Origin: Candidatus Binatia bacterium | Lineage (GTDB): Bacteria > Desulfobacterota > Binatia > UBA9968 > CAXXLF01 | Length of the DNA: 64,000 nucleotides | Assembly (NCBI GenBank): GCA_963664015.2 | Contig: CAXXLF010000002.1 | Span: forward strand, 416,001-480,000 | Direction of reading: 5' to 3' | Shown here: positions 33,051-43,825 of the stretch, piece after piece | How positions within the stretch are numbered: the first letter of the stretch is position 1 | Layout of the letters: every line of letters begins with the position of its first letter | Translations under genes and position numbers: made by a program | The notes under the pieces: model-generated | Told to the model about the DNA's origin: nothing | What the model saw: the letters and a program-made list of their open reading frames with translations, nothing else | Database searches by the model: none

Positions 33051-33767
33051 ATGCCAACGTCTGCAAAAGGGACAGGGAAAACAAGAAAAGTTCTTGGAGC
33101 ACTTGTTTTCATTTTCGTTCTCCTGGGTCTTTATTGGGGACTCCTCCATGCTCCGACTCATCCTGTCCAGTTAGACATACAGCGAATCATGTACCTCCAC
33201 ATTCCTAGCATACTGACCGCTTATCTTGCTTTTTTTATCGTCTTCGTTGGTAGTTGTCTCTATCTATGGAAAGGGGAACGACGTGATGACATATTAGCTA
33301 ATTCAGCGGCCGAGATCGGAGTTCTCCTAACTGCGGTCACAATCATCACGGGAATTTTATGGGGTAAAAAGACATGGTTCAGTCCTGGAGATTGGTGGAC
33401 CTGGGATGCCCGTCTTACCCTAACTGCGCTTTTGTTGCTCATTTTCGTAGGGTACCTCATGCTCCGGGCCCTAATAGAAGATGAACGCCGCGGGGCGGTT
33501 TGCGGGGCGGTGCTCGGCATTATCGGCTTTCTCGATATTCCACTCATTCATATGGCCGTTCATTGGTTTCAGACATTGCATCAAGCGCCATCGATTTTGC
33601 AAACTGAAAAGGCGCCATGGGAGAATATCCCCCCCGATTGGCTTGTTCCTCTATCCATTAACTTTATTGCCTTTATCCTCCTTTTCTTTTATCTTCTGTC
33701 ACTACGCCTTCACGTGGGCGAAATCGAAGAGGAAATCAAAAAACTCAAGCTTTACGGGAGGGCCTAA
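33051..33767 (+). CDS. ccmC: Heme-handling protein CcmC
   Basis: YLHIP, WWTWDARLT, W..TLHQ. Confidence 0.92.
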   Translation: MPTSAKGTGKTRKVLGALVFIFVLLGLYWGLLHAPTHPVQLDIQRIMYLHIPSILTAYLAFFIVFVGSCLYLWKGERRDDILANSAAEIGVLLTAVTIITGILWGKKTWFSPGDWWTWDARLTLTALLLLIFVGYLMLRALIEDERRGAVCGAVLGIIGFLDIPLIHMAVHWFQTLHQAPSILQTEKAPWENIPPDWLVPLSINFIAFILLFFYLLSLRLHVGEIEEEIKKLKLYGRA

Positions 33768-33916
33768 TGGGACATTGGGGTTTTGTGTTTCTTGCCTACG
33801 GGATTGTTTGGTCCGCCATCCTCTTGTACCTGACCTTTCTCAACCGTAGACTTAATAGGGCAAACGGCGAAAGGGCTTTACTTGAAGGATTAAACCGATC
33901 TGAAGACAATGAATAG
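33767..33916 (+). CDS. ccmD: CcmD, 49 aa (not in ORF track)
   Basis: MGHWGFVFLAYGIVWSAILLYLTFLNRR...; overlaps ccmC stop and ccmE start. Confidence 0.85.
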   Translation: MGHWGFVFLAYGIVWSAILLYLTFLNRRLNRANGERALLEGLNRSEDNE

Positions 33917-34352
33917 GCGTAGAAGATTCATTATTGGAGCCATCATCATCCTGGCCGCCCTGTCGTATCTTATATATGGCGGCGTGAAGGAGGCGATGGT
34001 TTATTTTATCACCCCCACCGAGTTGAAGGCGCAAGAGGCTATTCCTGGGGATAAGTTTTATCGGGTCGGAGGTATGGTCCTAGCCGGCTCGCTAAAGAAG
34101 AACCTTCAATCACGCACCTTTCAGTTTCAACTGACCGACGGTGTCCAGACCATACCCGTTTACTATCAGGGCGTTCCCCCGGACCTATTTAGAGAGGGGG
34201 CGGGAGCAGTCATAGAAGGGCGGGTAAGACAGGACGGAGTCTTTAACGCTACAACCATCATGGCCAAGCACTCTGAAGAGTACAGCCCCAAGAAAGAGGG
34301 ACATACGGAATTGCGAAGCTTCCTTCCCGGCAAGGAGCAAGGAGCACGGTGA
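33909..34352 (+). CDS. ccmE: Heme chaperone CcmE (HxxxY type)
   Basis: PDLFREG, AKHSEEY. Confidence 0.94.
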   Translation: MNRRRRFIIGAIIILAALSYLIYGGVKEAMVYFITPTELKAQEAIPGDKFYRVGGMVLAGSLKKNLQSRTFQFQLTDGVQTIPVYYQGVPPDLFREGAGAVIEGRVRQDGVFNATTIMAKHSEEYSPKKEGHTELRSFLPGKEQGAR

Positions 34353-36310
34353 CAGCAACCCTCGGGTATACTTGTCTCATATTAGCTCTGGCGCTGGCCC
34401 TCTGGGGCATTCTGGCCCCCATCCTTTATAGCAATAGCACAACCCATCAGCAGCGCATCTTCACTGCAATCCGGCTCGGCATCGTGGGACAATTTGTCTT
34501 TGTTACCCTGGCCGCATCGACGCTTATCTACGCCCTGGTTACCACCGATTTTTCGATTCAGTATGTTGCCTTCAACACCACCCGTAACACCCCCGTCTAC
34601 TATCGCGTGACCGGACTGTGGGGCGCACTGGAGGGCTCGCTCCTTTTATGGGAGTGGATCCTCATTATATTCTCGGCCCTTGTAGCCTGGATCTATAAGG
34701 ATCAACACCGTGACCTGGTACCCTGGGTCTTGATGATCTTTTCCATCGTATCGGCGTTCTTTCTCGCAGTCATCGCCTTTGCCTCCAATCCATTTGAAAT
34801 CATGTCACCCATTCCTGCCGATGGGCGAGGGCTCAATCCGCTTCTCGAAGACGCCAATATGCTGACCCATCCACCGCTGCTCTATACTGGATTTGTCGGT
34901 CTCACCGTTCCCTTCGCCTTTGCCATGGCGGCCCTCATTACCGGCAAACTGGACGAAAGATGGATTGTGACCACACGTAAATGGACACTCATCGCGTGGT
35001 TCTTCCTGACCCTGGGTAATCTGGTCGGAGCGTGGTGGTCCTACCATGTTCTAGGTTGGGGAGGGTACTGGGCCTGGGATCCAGTGGAAAACGCAGCCTT
35101 TATGCCCTGGCTTCCCGCTACGGCCTTCCTGCATTCGATTCAGGTGCAAGAACGACGTAGCATGCTCAAGGTTTGGAACCTGTCGTTGATTTTCCTTGCC
35201 TTCAGCCTGACTATCTTCGGCACCTTCTTGACGCGCTCGGGCATCCTATCATCCATTCACGCCTTCGCCTCTGGACCGGTGGGTTCGCTCTTTCTCGCTT
35301 TTTTGGCCTTTGTGTTACTCAGCTCCTTTGGACTGCTCGCCTATCGTTCCGGCCAACTCAAGGGCCAACCCGAGTTGGATGCTGTCGTGAGCCGGGAGTC
35401 GGCTTTTCTCCTCAACAACGTTGTCCTGGTATCGGCCCTCTTTACCATATTCCTCGGGACCATTTTCCCTCTTTTATCCGAGGCCATAGTCGGTGTTCAG
35501 GTAAGTGTCGGGGCACCCTATTTCAATTCGGTGACCGCACCGCTGTTTCTCTTTTTGGTTTTTCTCATGGGAGTCGGCCCCATGATCGCATGGCGCAAGG
35601 CCTCCTGGGATAATCTGAGGCGTAACTTTCTCTGGCCGTGTATTGTCTCTCTCATCGTCGGGATGGGGCTCTTTATCTGGCAGATCCGATCTTTCATGCC
35701 GCTTTTGGGCTTTACCCTGATTGCCTTCGTGATCTTCACCATCCTGTTCGACACCTGGGCCGCCGTCCGGGCACGCCACCGCATCGCCGGCGAAGGACTC
35801 TTCCGCGCCCTGAGAACACTGGTAAGCAGGAACCAACGCCGTTACGCCGGACTGGTAGTACACCTGGGGGTGGTTCTCGTCGTCATGGGCATAGTAGGCT
35901 CCATGAGCTACAGCGTCGAACGTGAGGCGACAATGCAGCGAGGGGAGACTCTGGAGGTGGATCCTTATACGGTGCGCTTCGATGCGATCAGCGGATCTGA
36001 GCAACCAACCCATTTCCGAGTCGAGGGGAACTTCCGTGTCTTTAACAACGGCACCGACCTGGGAACCATGTCTCCCGCCCTTAAATTTTACCCGTCGCAG
36101 AAATCCCCCATCGGCAGAGCGGTTCACCACATGACCCTGGGAAGTGATCTCTACTTGATTCTCTCAGGCTTCAGCGAGTTGACGCAGAACCAGGCAACCC
36201 TGAAGGTCTTGGTGCGCCCGCTGGTTAGTTGGATTTGGGTGGGTGGGCTTGTCATGACCCTGGGAACGATAATCGCTATTTGGCCCATGCGGCGTAAATC
36301 GGAGCAGTAA
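34349..36310 (+). CDS. ccmF: Cytochrome c heme lyase
   Basis: GLNPLL, HPP, WGGYWAWDPVEN, SIHAFA. Confidence 0.96.
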   Translation: MTATLGYTCLILALALALWGILAPILYSNSTTHQQRIFTAIRLGIVGQFVFVTLAASTLIYALVTTDFSIQYVAFNTTRNTPVYYRVTGLWGALEGSLLLWEWILIIFSALVAWIYKDQHRDLVPWVLMIFSIVSAFFLAVIAFASNPFEIMSPIPADGRGLNPLLEDANMLTHPPLLYTGFVGLTVPFAFAMAALITGKLDERWIVTTRKWTLIAWFFLTLGNLVGAWWSYHVLGWGGYWAWDPVENAAFMPWLPATAFLHSIQVQERRSMLKVWNLSLIFLAFSLTIFGTFLTRSGILSSIHAFASGPVGSLFLAFLAFVLLSSFGLLAYRSGQLKGQPELDAVVSRESAFLLNNVVLVSALFTIFLGTIFPLLSEAIVGVQVSVGAPYFNSVTAPLFLFLVFLMGVGPMIAWRKASWDNLRRNFLWPCIVSLIVGMGLFIWQIRSFMPLLGFTLIAFVIFTILFDTWAAVRARHRIAGEGLFRALRTLVSRNQRRYAGLVVHLGVVLVVMGIVGSMSYSVEREATMQRGETLEVDPYTVRFDAISGSEQPTHFRVEGNFRVFNNGTDLGTMSPALKFYPSQKSPIGRAVHHMTLGSDLYLILSGFSELTQNQATLKVLVRPLVSWIWVGGLVMTLGTIIAIWPMRRKSEQ

Positions 36311-36332
36311 AATTAGTAAACCGTGGCAACGT

Positions 36333-36884
36333 TTGGGCATCACGCTGTTCGTTATCCTGGCGCTCCTCGGGCTGCTGGCGTACGGATTCAGCCGCGATCC
36401 CCGTTATATTACTTCACCGCTGATCGGCCGTCCCGCCCCAACCTTTACTCTCACGCTTTTTGACGGTCAGACGCTTAGCCTTGAAGATCTACGGGGAAAG
36501 GTCGTCTTCCTCAACTTCTGGGCCTCATGGTGTCCCCCCTGTCGGGAAGAAGCCCGGGAAATGGAAAGCATTTGGAAGAATCTCAAGCAAAAGGATACGG
36601 TCTTTCTCGGGGTCAACATCCAGGATACCGAGCCCGACGCCAAAAACTTTCTCAAACAGTTTGGGATCACCTACCGAAACGGCCGGGATATGTTGGGAAA
36701 GATATCTGTCGACTACGGTGTATGGGGTATCCCCGAGACCTTTTTCATTGATCCCCAAGGACAAATCACTTACAAGCATGTAGGCACTCTGGGTTGGCCA
36801 ATCATCAGTGCCAAACTGGACGAGGCCAGACGCCGCGTCGTCAGCGCTAGCGAGGGGAAGGGCTCCTATCAACCGATCCGGTGA
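36333..36884 (+). CDS. ccmG: Periplasmic thioredoxin CcmG/TlpA
   Basis: NFWASWCPPC, GIPETF; N-terminal TM. Confidence 0.85.
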   Translation: MGITLFVILALLGLLAYGFSRDPRYITSPLIGRPAPTFTLTLFDGQTLSLEDLRGKVVFLNFWASWCPPCREEAREMESIWKNLKQKDTVFLGVNIQDTEPDAKNFLKQFGITYRNGRDMLGKISVDYGVWGIPETFFIDPQGQITYKHVGTLGWPIISAKLDEARRRVVSASEGKGSYQPIR

Positions 36885-36888
36885 TCTT

Positions 36889-38562
36889 ATGGTAAAACGA
36901 GTTTTAATAACTCTGTGGCTGCTCGCTTGTGTGCCTACCCTTTCGTCGGGGGCCCAGCCGACGGAACTTGAGGAGCAGGTCCGTGTCATAGCCGCCGATC
37001 TGCGCTGTCCCGTCTGTCAAAATCTCTCCGCCGCCGATTCCCCGTCGGAGTTGGCTCAGCAGATGCGAGCGATTATTAAATCGCAACTCGAGGAAGGCAA
37101 GACCCCGGACCAAGTTAGGGCCTTCTTTGTTTCCAAGTACGGAGAGTGGGTGCTGCTGTCGCCCACTAAAAGCGGTTTCAGTCTTCTCGTCTGGGTGCTT
37201 CCCTATCTGGCGCTCGCCGGTGGTTTAATCTTTGTCGTATTTGTGATACGACGCTGGGCTCGAGCGAAGCCCAATAACCAATCAAAGGACCTGTCCCCGG
37301 ATCTGCTGCAACGGATTCAAAAGGATCTTCGGGCCGACAAGGCGTGGGACAGCAAGGCCGACATCGAAGGACCCCATGGACCGCTCTTTCGTGAACGGGC
37401 GCGGCTCTATACGGAGCTTCGTGATCTGGAATTCGATTACCAGGCGGGCAGGATTTCCAAAACAGATTATGAGGAGCTTCGCCGCGGCTACGAGGAACAA
37501 GCCTCGGTTGTGTTGAAAGAGCTGGATACAATCTCGCCGGCAACTTTAGCTGAGCCGGCTCCCGAGTCTGAGCCCATGGGTCAAACCGTCACCAACCCCA
37601 CCTCAGCCGGCTCCCGCCGGACGTGGATCTTTCCTGCTATTGCAACGTTCCTGTTGATCTTCGGCGTGACTCTGGGAGTCCTATTGAGCAACTCCCTGCG
37701 GACTAGAACCTCAACCGATGACAGCATTACCGGAGATTTCCTGACCGGAACTTCGAGCCAGGGTGACCCTTCCGGTTCCACCGTGGGGGCACAGGATCTG
37801 CCATCTCTGCTTGCCCAGGGCCGCGGCGCCTTCGAGCGCCAGGAGTGGCCCAAAGCTATCGATGCGTTCAAACGAATATTGGCTATGGATGCTAATCAAC
37901 CGGAAGCAAACTCCTATATGGGGCTGATTTTAGCGGATGCTGGGCATGCGGACTCGGCCCTCACGGCCTTTGATCGGGCTCTTTCCATCAACCCCAACTA
38001 CCCCCTCGCACTTTTGGGCAGCGGCATGGTGTTGTACCGCCAAAAGGGAGACACCGACGGCGGAAGCCAGAGGCTTAAAAAACTGCTCGGCACTCTTCCC
38101 CCTGGACCGGAGAAAGAGCAGCTCAAGAAAACGATCGCTGAAATGGGCAAAGGCGGAGACGAAGGCGAAGGGGCCGTCACCCAGGCCGGAGTACCGAAAG
38201 AATCGGTCCAAGGAGCCATAACCGGAACCATAGCGATGGACCCCAAACTCAAATCCCAGCAGAGCGGCCAGGGTGTGCTTTTTATTATCGCACGGTCAGC
38301 CGGCACTCAAGGGGGACCACCCCTGGCCGTAAGAAGATTTGAACGCCCGGCCTTTCCTTTCAAATATTCCCTCGGGCAAGACAACACGATGATTCCGGGG
38401 ACCCAATTTAAAGGAAAAATGGTAATCACAGCCCGTCTGGACAAGGACGGCAATCCCGTTACCCGGGGAGCGGGCGACCTTACGGGAGCCTATAAAAACA
38501 ATCCCGTAGACGTGGATTCGCAAAAACAAGTAGATATTGTATTAGATCAGAAAACGCCGTAG
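36889..38562 (+). CDS. ccmH: CcmH-CcmI/CycH fusion (LRCxxC + TPR + C-terminal Ig-like domain)
   Basis: LRCPVCQN, KYGEWVL, LRDLEFDY, TPR helices, GPPLAV...ITARLD. Confidence 0.88.
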   Translation: MVKRVLITLWLLACVPTLSSGAQPTELEEQVRVIAADLRCPVCQNLSAADSPSELAQQMRAIIKSQLEEGKTPDQVRAFFVSKYGEWVLLSPTKSGFSLLVWVLPYLALAGGLIFVVFVIRRWARAKPNNQSKDLSPDLLQRIQKDLRADKAWDSKADIEGPHGPLFRERARLYTELRDLEFDYQAGRISKTDYEELRRGYEEQASVVLKELDTISPATLAEPAPESEPMGQTVTNPTSAGSRRTWIFPAIATFLLIFGVTLGVLLSNSLRTRTSTDDSITGDFLTGTSSQGDPSGSTVGAQDLPSLLAQGRGAFERQEWPKAIDAFKRILAMDANQPEANSYMGLILADAGHADSALTAFDRALSINPNYPLALLGSGMVLYRQKGDTDGGSQRLKKLLGTLPPGPEKEQLKKTIAEMGKGGDEGEGAVTQAGVPKESVQGAITGTIAMDPKLKSQQSGQGVLFIIARSAGTQGGPPLAVRRFERPAFPFKYSLGQDNTMIPGTQFKGKMVITARLDKDGNPVTRGAGDLTGAYKNNPVDVDSQKQVDIVLDQKTP

Positions 38563-38631
38563 CACCTATGGGGTCATTGATCCCATTTATCCGCCTTCGC
38601 AGAAGACCACTGGCGTAAGCTCGTGGAGGCT

Positions 38632-39522
38632 TCATCTGATCCTATTAAAGATCATCAACGCAGTTTTTTTAACTTTCATATTCGGATCGTTAACGAGTGC
38701 TTGAATTTCTTCTTTGAACGCCCCCAAAGCACTCGCCCCTCCCTCCTCACCCAACCTCTTTAATGCCAATTCCCGAATCCGTGCATCTGAATCTTTTAGG
38801 CACTTTCGGTAAGCTTCCAGGTGCTCTCGAACCTGAACGACCTGCCCGAGACAAACCAAAGCATCGAAGCGGAGGTCGGCGTTCTCGTGGTTTAAGTATT
38901 TGAGATATACCTTTGTGACTTCTTCTCTTTTGGAATAAAATCGCCATAGTTTTAACAGGATGATTCTTTTTTGCTCCAAGGAGCAATGTTCCATTCGATC
39001 CAACAGCAAGCCCAGGATTCGGTCGTCCCTGAGATTGGAAAGGGCATTGACGGCTGCTTGTTGAACTTGAGGATCTTCATCATAGAGTCGTTCGATTAAA
39101 GGAATCGCTGCAGCAGAATTGCCCTCCCATCCTATCGCGAAAGTTGCATGGAGCCTTAGTTCGGGTTCCGGGCTTTCCATCTCTTTCAACAGTCGGTCCA
39201 TCAGTGACTCAGGTTCCTTTAAGAACGGTCCGATGACACTCAGTTGGATAGCAGCATTATACCGAATCTCTTCTTCCTCGGCAGGATCCGTCATCATTTC
39301 GAATAGAGGCCACACCACATGCTCTTTTGCAAAGCTACCGAGAACCCACATAATCTCTTGTTTAAAACCTCGATCCGCATACTTCATGGCCCTCAGAAGC
39401 AGAGGGACAGCTTGATCCCATTCCTCGAAGATGAGCTCGACGGAATCAATATAACTCTTTGCCTTTTTAAGGGTTCTCTCTTTTGGCTCAAGTTTAACGA
39501 CACGGCTCTTCTGCATGGGCAC
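38632..39522 (-). CDS. HEAT-repeat protein
   Basis: Repeated L.D.D..(V/I)R..A..AL units. Confidence 0.75.
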   Translation of the reverse strand: MPMQKSRVVKLEPKERTLKKAKSYIDSVELIFEEWDQAVPLLLRAMKYADRGFKQEIMWVLGSFAKEHVVWPLFEMMTDPAEEEEIRYNAAIQLSVIGPFLKEPESLMDRLLKEMESPEPELRLHATFAIGWEGNSAAAIPLIERLYDEDPQVQQAAVNALSNLRDDRILGLLLDRMEHCSLEQKRIILLKLWRFYSKREEVTKVYLKYLNHENADLRFDALVCLGQVVQVREHLEAYRKCLKDSDARIRELALKRLGEEGGASALGAFKEEIQALVNDPNMKVKKTALMIFNRIR

Positions 39523-39561
39523 ATCCAGACTTTCTCACCCCTATTGGGTTGAGTTCTACTT

Positions 39562-40025
39562 CTACCTTGCCTTTGACAAGATCTCCACCACCTGTTGGGA
39601 CTCCATCACGTAGCCAATGAAGTCGTCGATATTCGCTAGACTCGCGTTTTGTACCTCGGTCGTGGCCGAGTAGGTGCAGTCTCGCAAGGCGACGGTGACG
39701 AGATCCCTCACTTTGGCGTCCCGTGCGAGCCATTCCACGCCCCAATTGGTACTCCCACCGACCACGATAAGGATCCAAACTCCTTTGCTTCTCTGCAGCT
39801 TTTCCATCTTAGTGCCGTAAAACCCGCTCGATATGACTTTCGTCACCACATAGTCTTTGGCCGTGGGCTTGAGCTCGTCGATGACCTCCGCCCCGGGCGT
39901 TCCTTTCAAACAGATGCCGGGGGTTCGGGCCTGCTTAGATATGGAGCCCGTTCAGGTAGAAACCCTATATAGGGATCGTTCTCGACTCGCGTATAGATGA
40001 CCGGGATAGGAAGCGAATGGGCCAG
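39562..40025 (-). pseudogene. Isochorismatase/cysteine hydrolase family remnant
   Basis: IPVIYTRVE (upstream frame), then GTPGAEVIDELKP...K...SGFYGT...STNWGVE; N-terminus missing. Confidence 0.75.
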
Positions 40026-40202
40026 CCTTCCTTCGTTTTGGATGGACAAAATCCGATAACCGCCTATTATGTCAACCCGATGTCGGTTTTGAGGCAGGGC
40101 TGGACACTGGTTATTCCCAAATAGCAATAAGGCAAGAGGGACAAAACAATTTATCCTATCCATTCCAAACTTGGCGGGCTTTGCGTCTTTGCGGCGTGCC
40201 CG

Positions 40203-40323
40203 GTGGAATATCGTTTCGACAGGAGCGTTATCGTTTCATTCACGGCATTATTCCACGGAGCACGCGCTGTGGAATAGGGCTTCAGGCGAATAACCTGACC
40301 TTGGTCGAGCCTATATTCCACAG
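40203..40323. repeat. Doublet of GTGGAATA...TATTCCAC palindromes (REP-like)
   Basis: Hairpins 40203-40256 and 40267-40323. Confidence 0.6.
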
Positions 40324-40394
40324 GGCGAGTCATCTTTTCCCCGATTCCGTAACCCAACATTAAACCGAAAGTTTCAAATTTCTCTGATTTGGGT

Positions 40395-40745
40395 TCAGTC
40401 GCAGTAAAACTCCACCGAGTACCCATTAAGATCGCGGAAGTAGATGCTGTTCTTTCCCCTTCGACCTTCAATCTTCACGCGGTGTTTTTTGAGGTTCTTT
40501 TCCACTCGATTCATGGCCGCCCGGGTAACTCTAAAACCAAAGTGCTCCAGCCCTTGGGTCGCGGTGATTCTTCCTGGGCTCTTTACGAAGTCGAGCAGGT
40601 CGTCTCCCCTGGGCCAACGCAAAAACACCCTCTTGGGAGGAGAACGGAAGGCCACTTTCAGACCGAGGACATTGGTGTAGAAGCGTTCCGTAGCCTCGAG
40701 GTCGCGGGTTTTCAAAGATATGTGTCGTAATCCGCTGCCGGGCAT
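40395..40745 (-). CDS. VOC/glyoxalase family protein
   Basis: LRHISL..RDLE..RFY..VLG, LEHFGF, YFRDLNG..VE. Confidence 0.85.
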   Translation of the reverse strand: MPGSGLRHISLKTRDLEATERFYTNVLGLKVAFRSPPKRVFLRWPRGDDLLDFVKSPGRITATQGLEHFGFRVTRAAMNRVEKNLKKHRVKIEGRRGKNSIYFRDLNGYSVEFYCD

Positions 40746-40761
40746 ATTTTTCGTCCTCCTA

Positions 40762-42171
40762 CTATGATTTTTCCTTAGACCTTTCCATGGCGAAAAAGAT
40801 CTTCTCCGATGTGATGGGAAGTTCCTTGAGGCGAATCCCCACAGCATCGTAAAGGGCGTTTCCAATGGCGGGGGCGACCGGGATCAACGATGTTTCGCCG
40901 ATTCCTTTGGCTCCGTAGGGTCCCTCCGTGTGAGGGACCTCCACCGAGATGGTTTCGATCACCTCCGGCATGTCCCCAAGGGCAGGGATATTGTAATCAA
41001 TCAAATTGGGATTGAGCAATTGCCCGTTGTCGAACACAACCTGTTCGTAAAGGGCTTGCCCCATGCCCGTAATCGCCGCACCGGCCAGTTGTTGTCGGCA
41101 GCCCTCGGGATTGATCGCTTTGCCCACATCCACTGCGGTCACGTATTTGAGGACCTTGAGCTTACCGGTTTCACGATTCACTTCCACCTCGACCGCACCG
41201 GCCCCCACAAACCAGAAAACCGAAGTCATTGTTTCACCTGGCTTAATCAGGGTCTGGCTACGGACCTCCCCTCGACCAATAAGCGTGCCACCGGGCATAC
41301 CATAACGTTTGTCGAGCACCTCCCCATACTCCAGGGTCGTTTCGACAAACTGCACCTTTCCATTGGCGAAACCTACCTGATCGAGGGGAACTCCGTATTC
41401 GGCTACGACGATGTACTTCAGCTGTTGGCATAGATCCTGAGCTGCCAATTGGACCGCTTTCCCCATGTGAAACGTGAAACGGCTCGAGGAAGTCGTCAAG
41501 TCGTACGGAACCACGTCCGAATCGACCGCCATGACACGGATCCTCTCCAACGGAATACCAAGCTCCTTGCTGGCGATGAGGGCCAGTGTGGTCTCGGAGC
41601 CCTGACCCATTTCGATGGTCCCGGCATAGAGGGTCAGGCTGCAATCCTCATTGAGCTTCAAGGCCGACGATGAGGCCGAGGGTGTAATGGTCCCCTTGAT
41701 GAGACAAGCGAGACCCTTGCCCCTTTGGAAGTGAGTTTCGGATGGATGACGGTCCTTCTCCTGCCACCGGATAGCCGTCGCCACCTTTTGCAGGCAGCTC
41801 TTGAGTCCAATGCTGGTCAAAGTCTCTCTCGTGACAAATTCGCCTCCCTCTTCGTAGGCGTTCTTGAGACGGATCTCGAGCGGATCCATCTTCAGGGCCT
41901 GGGCCATCATGTCCGTGTGGGACTCAATTGCCCAAGCCGATTGTGATACCCCGAAGCCCCGAAAGGCCCCTACCGATGGCTTATGGGTGTAAACCGCCAT
42001 TGCATCGATCTTGACATGGGGTATGTGATACGGGCCCGCTGCCGTGCTGCCCGATTTCATCGCTACCCGAGGACCAATCTCCGCATAGACGACCGCCTCT
42101 CCCTTGTATCGCTTGAGCAGCAGACAGGCATCGCCAATTGCCGTTGGTTCGTGGTATTCAAAGTTTCGCAT
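40762..42171 (-). pseudogene. Xanthine dehydrogenase/CoxL-family molybdopterin subunit C-half fused to a CoxM-like N-terminus
   Basis: MRNFEYHEP..EAVVYA joined to EIGPRV..GAFRGFG..EMGQG..DVGKAINP..GAKGIGE. Confidence 0.8.
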
Positions 42172-42450
42172 ACTAACCTGCGGATTTCTTTCAAACGCTT
42201 GTCGACCATCCGTTGCAAGGAACGGGAACCCAAGCATTATAAACAACAGTGGCGGTTACACCAATCGCATCCATTGTATTATGGGCTTTACCTATCATGG
42301 AATCTTGCGTTTGGAAAGAAAGCCCATAGGAGAAACAGGCCGGGGGAAGCGTCCCCAATTCGCGCTATTCGATTGTTGCGCGAGATGAATTCCCATAATA
42401 TGCTGCGGCAATGTGGGTCAGCAATAGGGGATGGAAAGCCGGGTGACCAT

Positions 42451-43563
42451 GTGAATTCGCCAGACAAATTGACCATAGGCGTGAGTCTTCCCAAGTCCGG
42501 GCGCTACGCCCGAACCGCGGGTATTTACTACAGCCGGGCCTATGAACTCTGGCTAAAACAGGTCAATCAGAGACAAGGGCTACTGAATAAAACCGTTGGA
42601 TTAGTGATCTACGACGACCAGAGCCAACCCGATAAGGCGGCAGAGAACTATAAACGTTTGATTCTTGAGGATCGGGTTGAGCTTTTGCTCGGCCCCTGCC
42701 ACAGTGCCCTGGTGGAAGCCGTTGCACCTATTGTGGAGAGCCACCACAGACTGTTACTCCAGGGCAGCGCGAGCTCCCACGAACTATTTCGAAAGGGCCG
42801 TCGATATCTCTTTCTCTGTTGGTCCGGTTGCGACTTCGACTTCCCGAGAAGTTTCTTTGAGTTTCACGCTCGCGGTGCGGGATCGGCCCCTACCCAAAAG
42901 GCAGCGTTAGTTTATACCGATTGGCGAATCGGCAATGCGGTCGCCCAGGGTACGAGGCACTACGCAAGATCCCACGGAGTCCAGGTGGTTTACGAAGAAG
43001 TCATTGGGGATCCTCCCGTTGACGATACGGGAATGATGGAACACGTAGCGGCCTCCCACCCGGACGTGGTGCTGGTGGGACTCGATCACGTGCGCCCAGA
43101 CCAGCCCAAGCACGAGTGTGTCCGAAAAGCGCTTGAGGCCGGAATGCGCTTCCAACAGCTTTAGCTCTCGGACAACCCGTCACCCAGGGATACGGAACTG
43201 GGGGATACTATCAACGGCACATTCATGCGCGGGAGCTGGGTCTGGGTCGCCGAAGACCCGCTTTCCAGACATTTTTTGGCCGACTTTAGATCCGCATATG
43301 GAAATTATCCCGAGTACCATTCGGCCGGCGGATACGCATGCTGTTAGGTCCTGGAGCAAGTGGTTCAGCCTACCGGGGATTGGGACAATGAGACCCTGCG
43401 AAACAATTTGCTAAGTATGGAATTCGAAACCGTTATGGGCAAGTTACGCTTTGCCAACGACGGACTGCCTATGGCCACCATGCAGCTATGCCAATGGCAG
43501 GATAGTTCGCTGGAGATCGTTTACCCTGAATCTGCAAAAACCCGGGACGCGACAATCATCTAA
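42451..43563 (+). pseudogene. Branched-chain amino-acid-type ABC substrate-binding protein with two in-frame TAG stops
   Basis: IGVSLPKSGRYA, YDDQS, LLGP...FETVMGKLRF...QWQ; TAG at 43162-43164 and 43345-43347. Confidence 0.8.
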
Positions 43564-43643
43564 CCAATATATACTTAATTTTTTAAACTCGCGTTTAGAC
43601 ATTCGAATACACAACGATTCGCGCAAAGAGTTAAGAAGAATTA

Positions 43644-43825
43644 GCCGCAGATTTACGCAGATAGACACAGACGGGGGAATCGCAACGCGCATTGCGTATG
43701 GAACAATGCGCCTTTGAGCTGAGGGACGAGTACTGAGTGGGGAGGGATGAGAATCGCGAATAGATGATCAAAGGTCGAAAAAGGGGCGAAGTTGGCCGCA
43801 TCCTGAGTGAGTTGCCCCCGTACAA
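43644..43825. repeat. Cluster of short periodic repeats and palindromes
   Basis: CGCAGATTTACGCAGATAGACACAGA; GCGCATTG-N9-CAATGCGC; 7-mers CTGAGGG ACGAGTA CTGAGTG GGGAGGG ATGAGAA. Confidence 0.5.

Noticed and set aside
42451-43563. Amber recoding or pyrrolysine suggested by repeated in-frame TAG codons
   Set aside because: Intact core genes here (lepA, ndk, mdh, ccmB) end in TAG, no pyl genes are present, and the stops fit single transitions.
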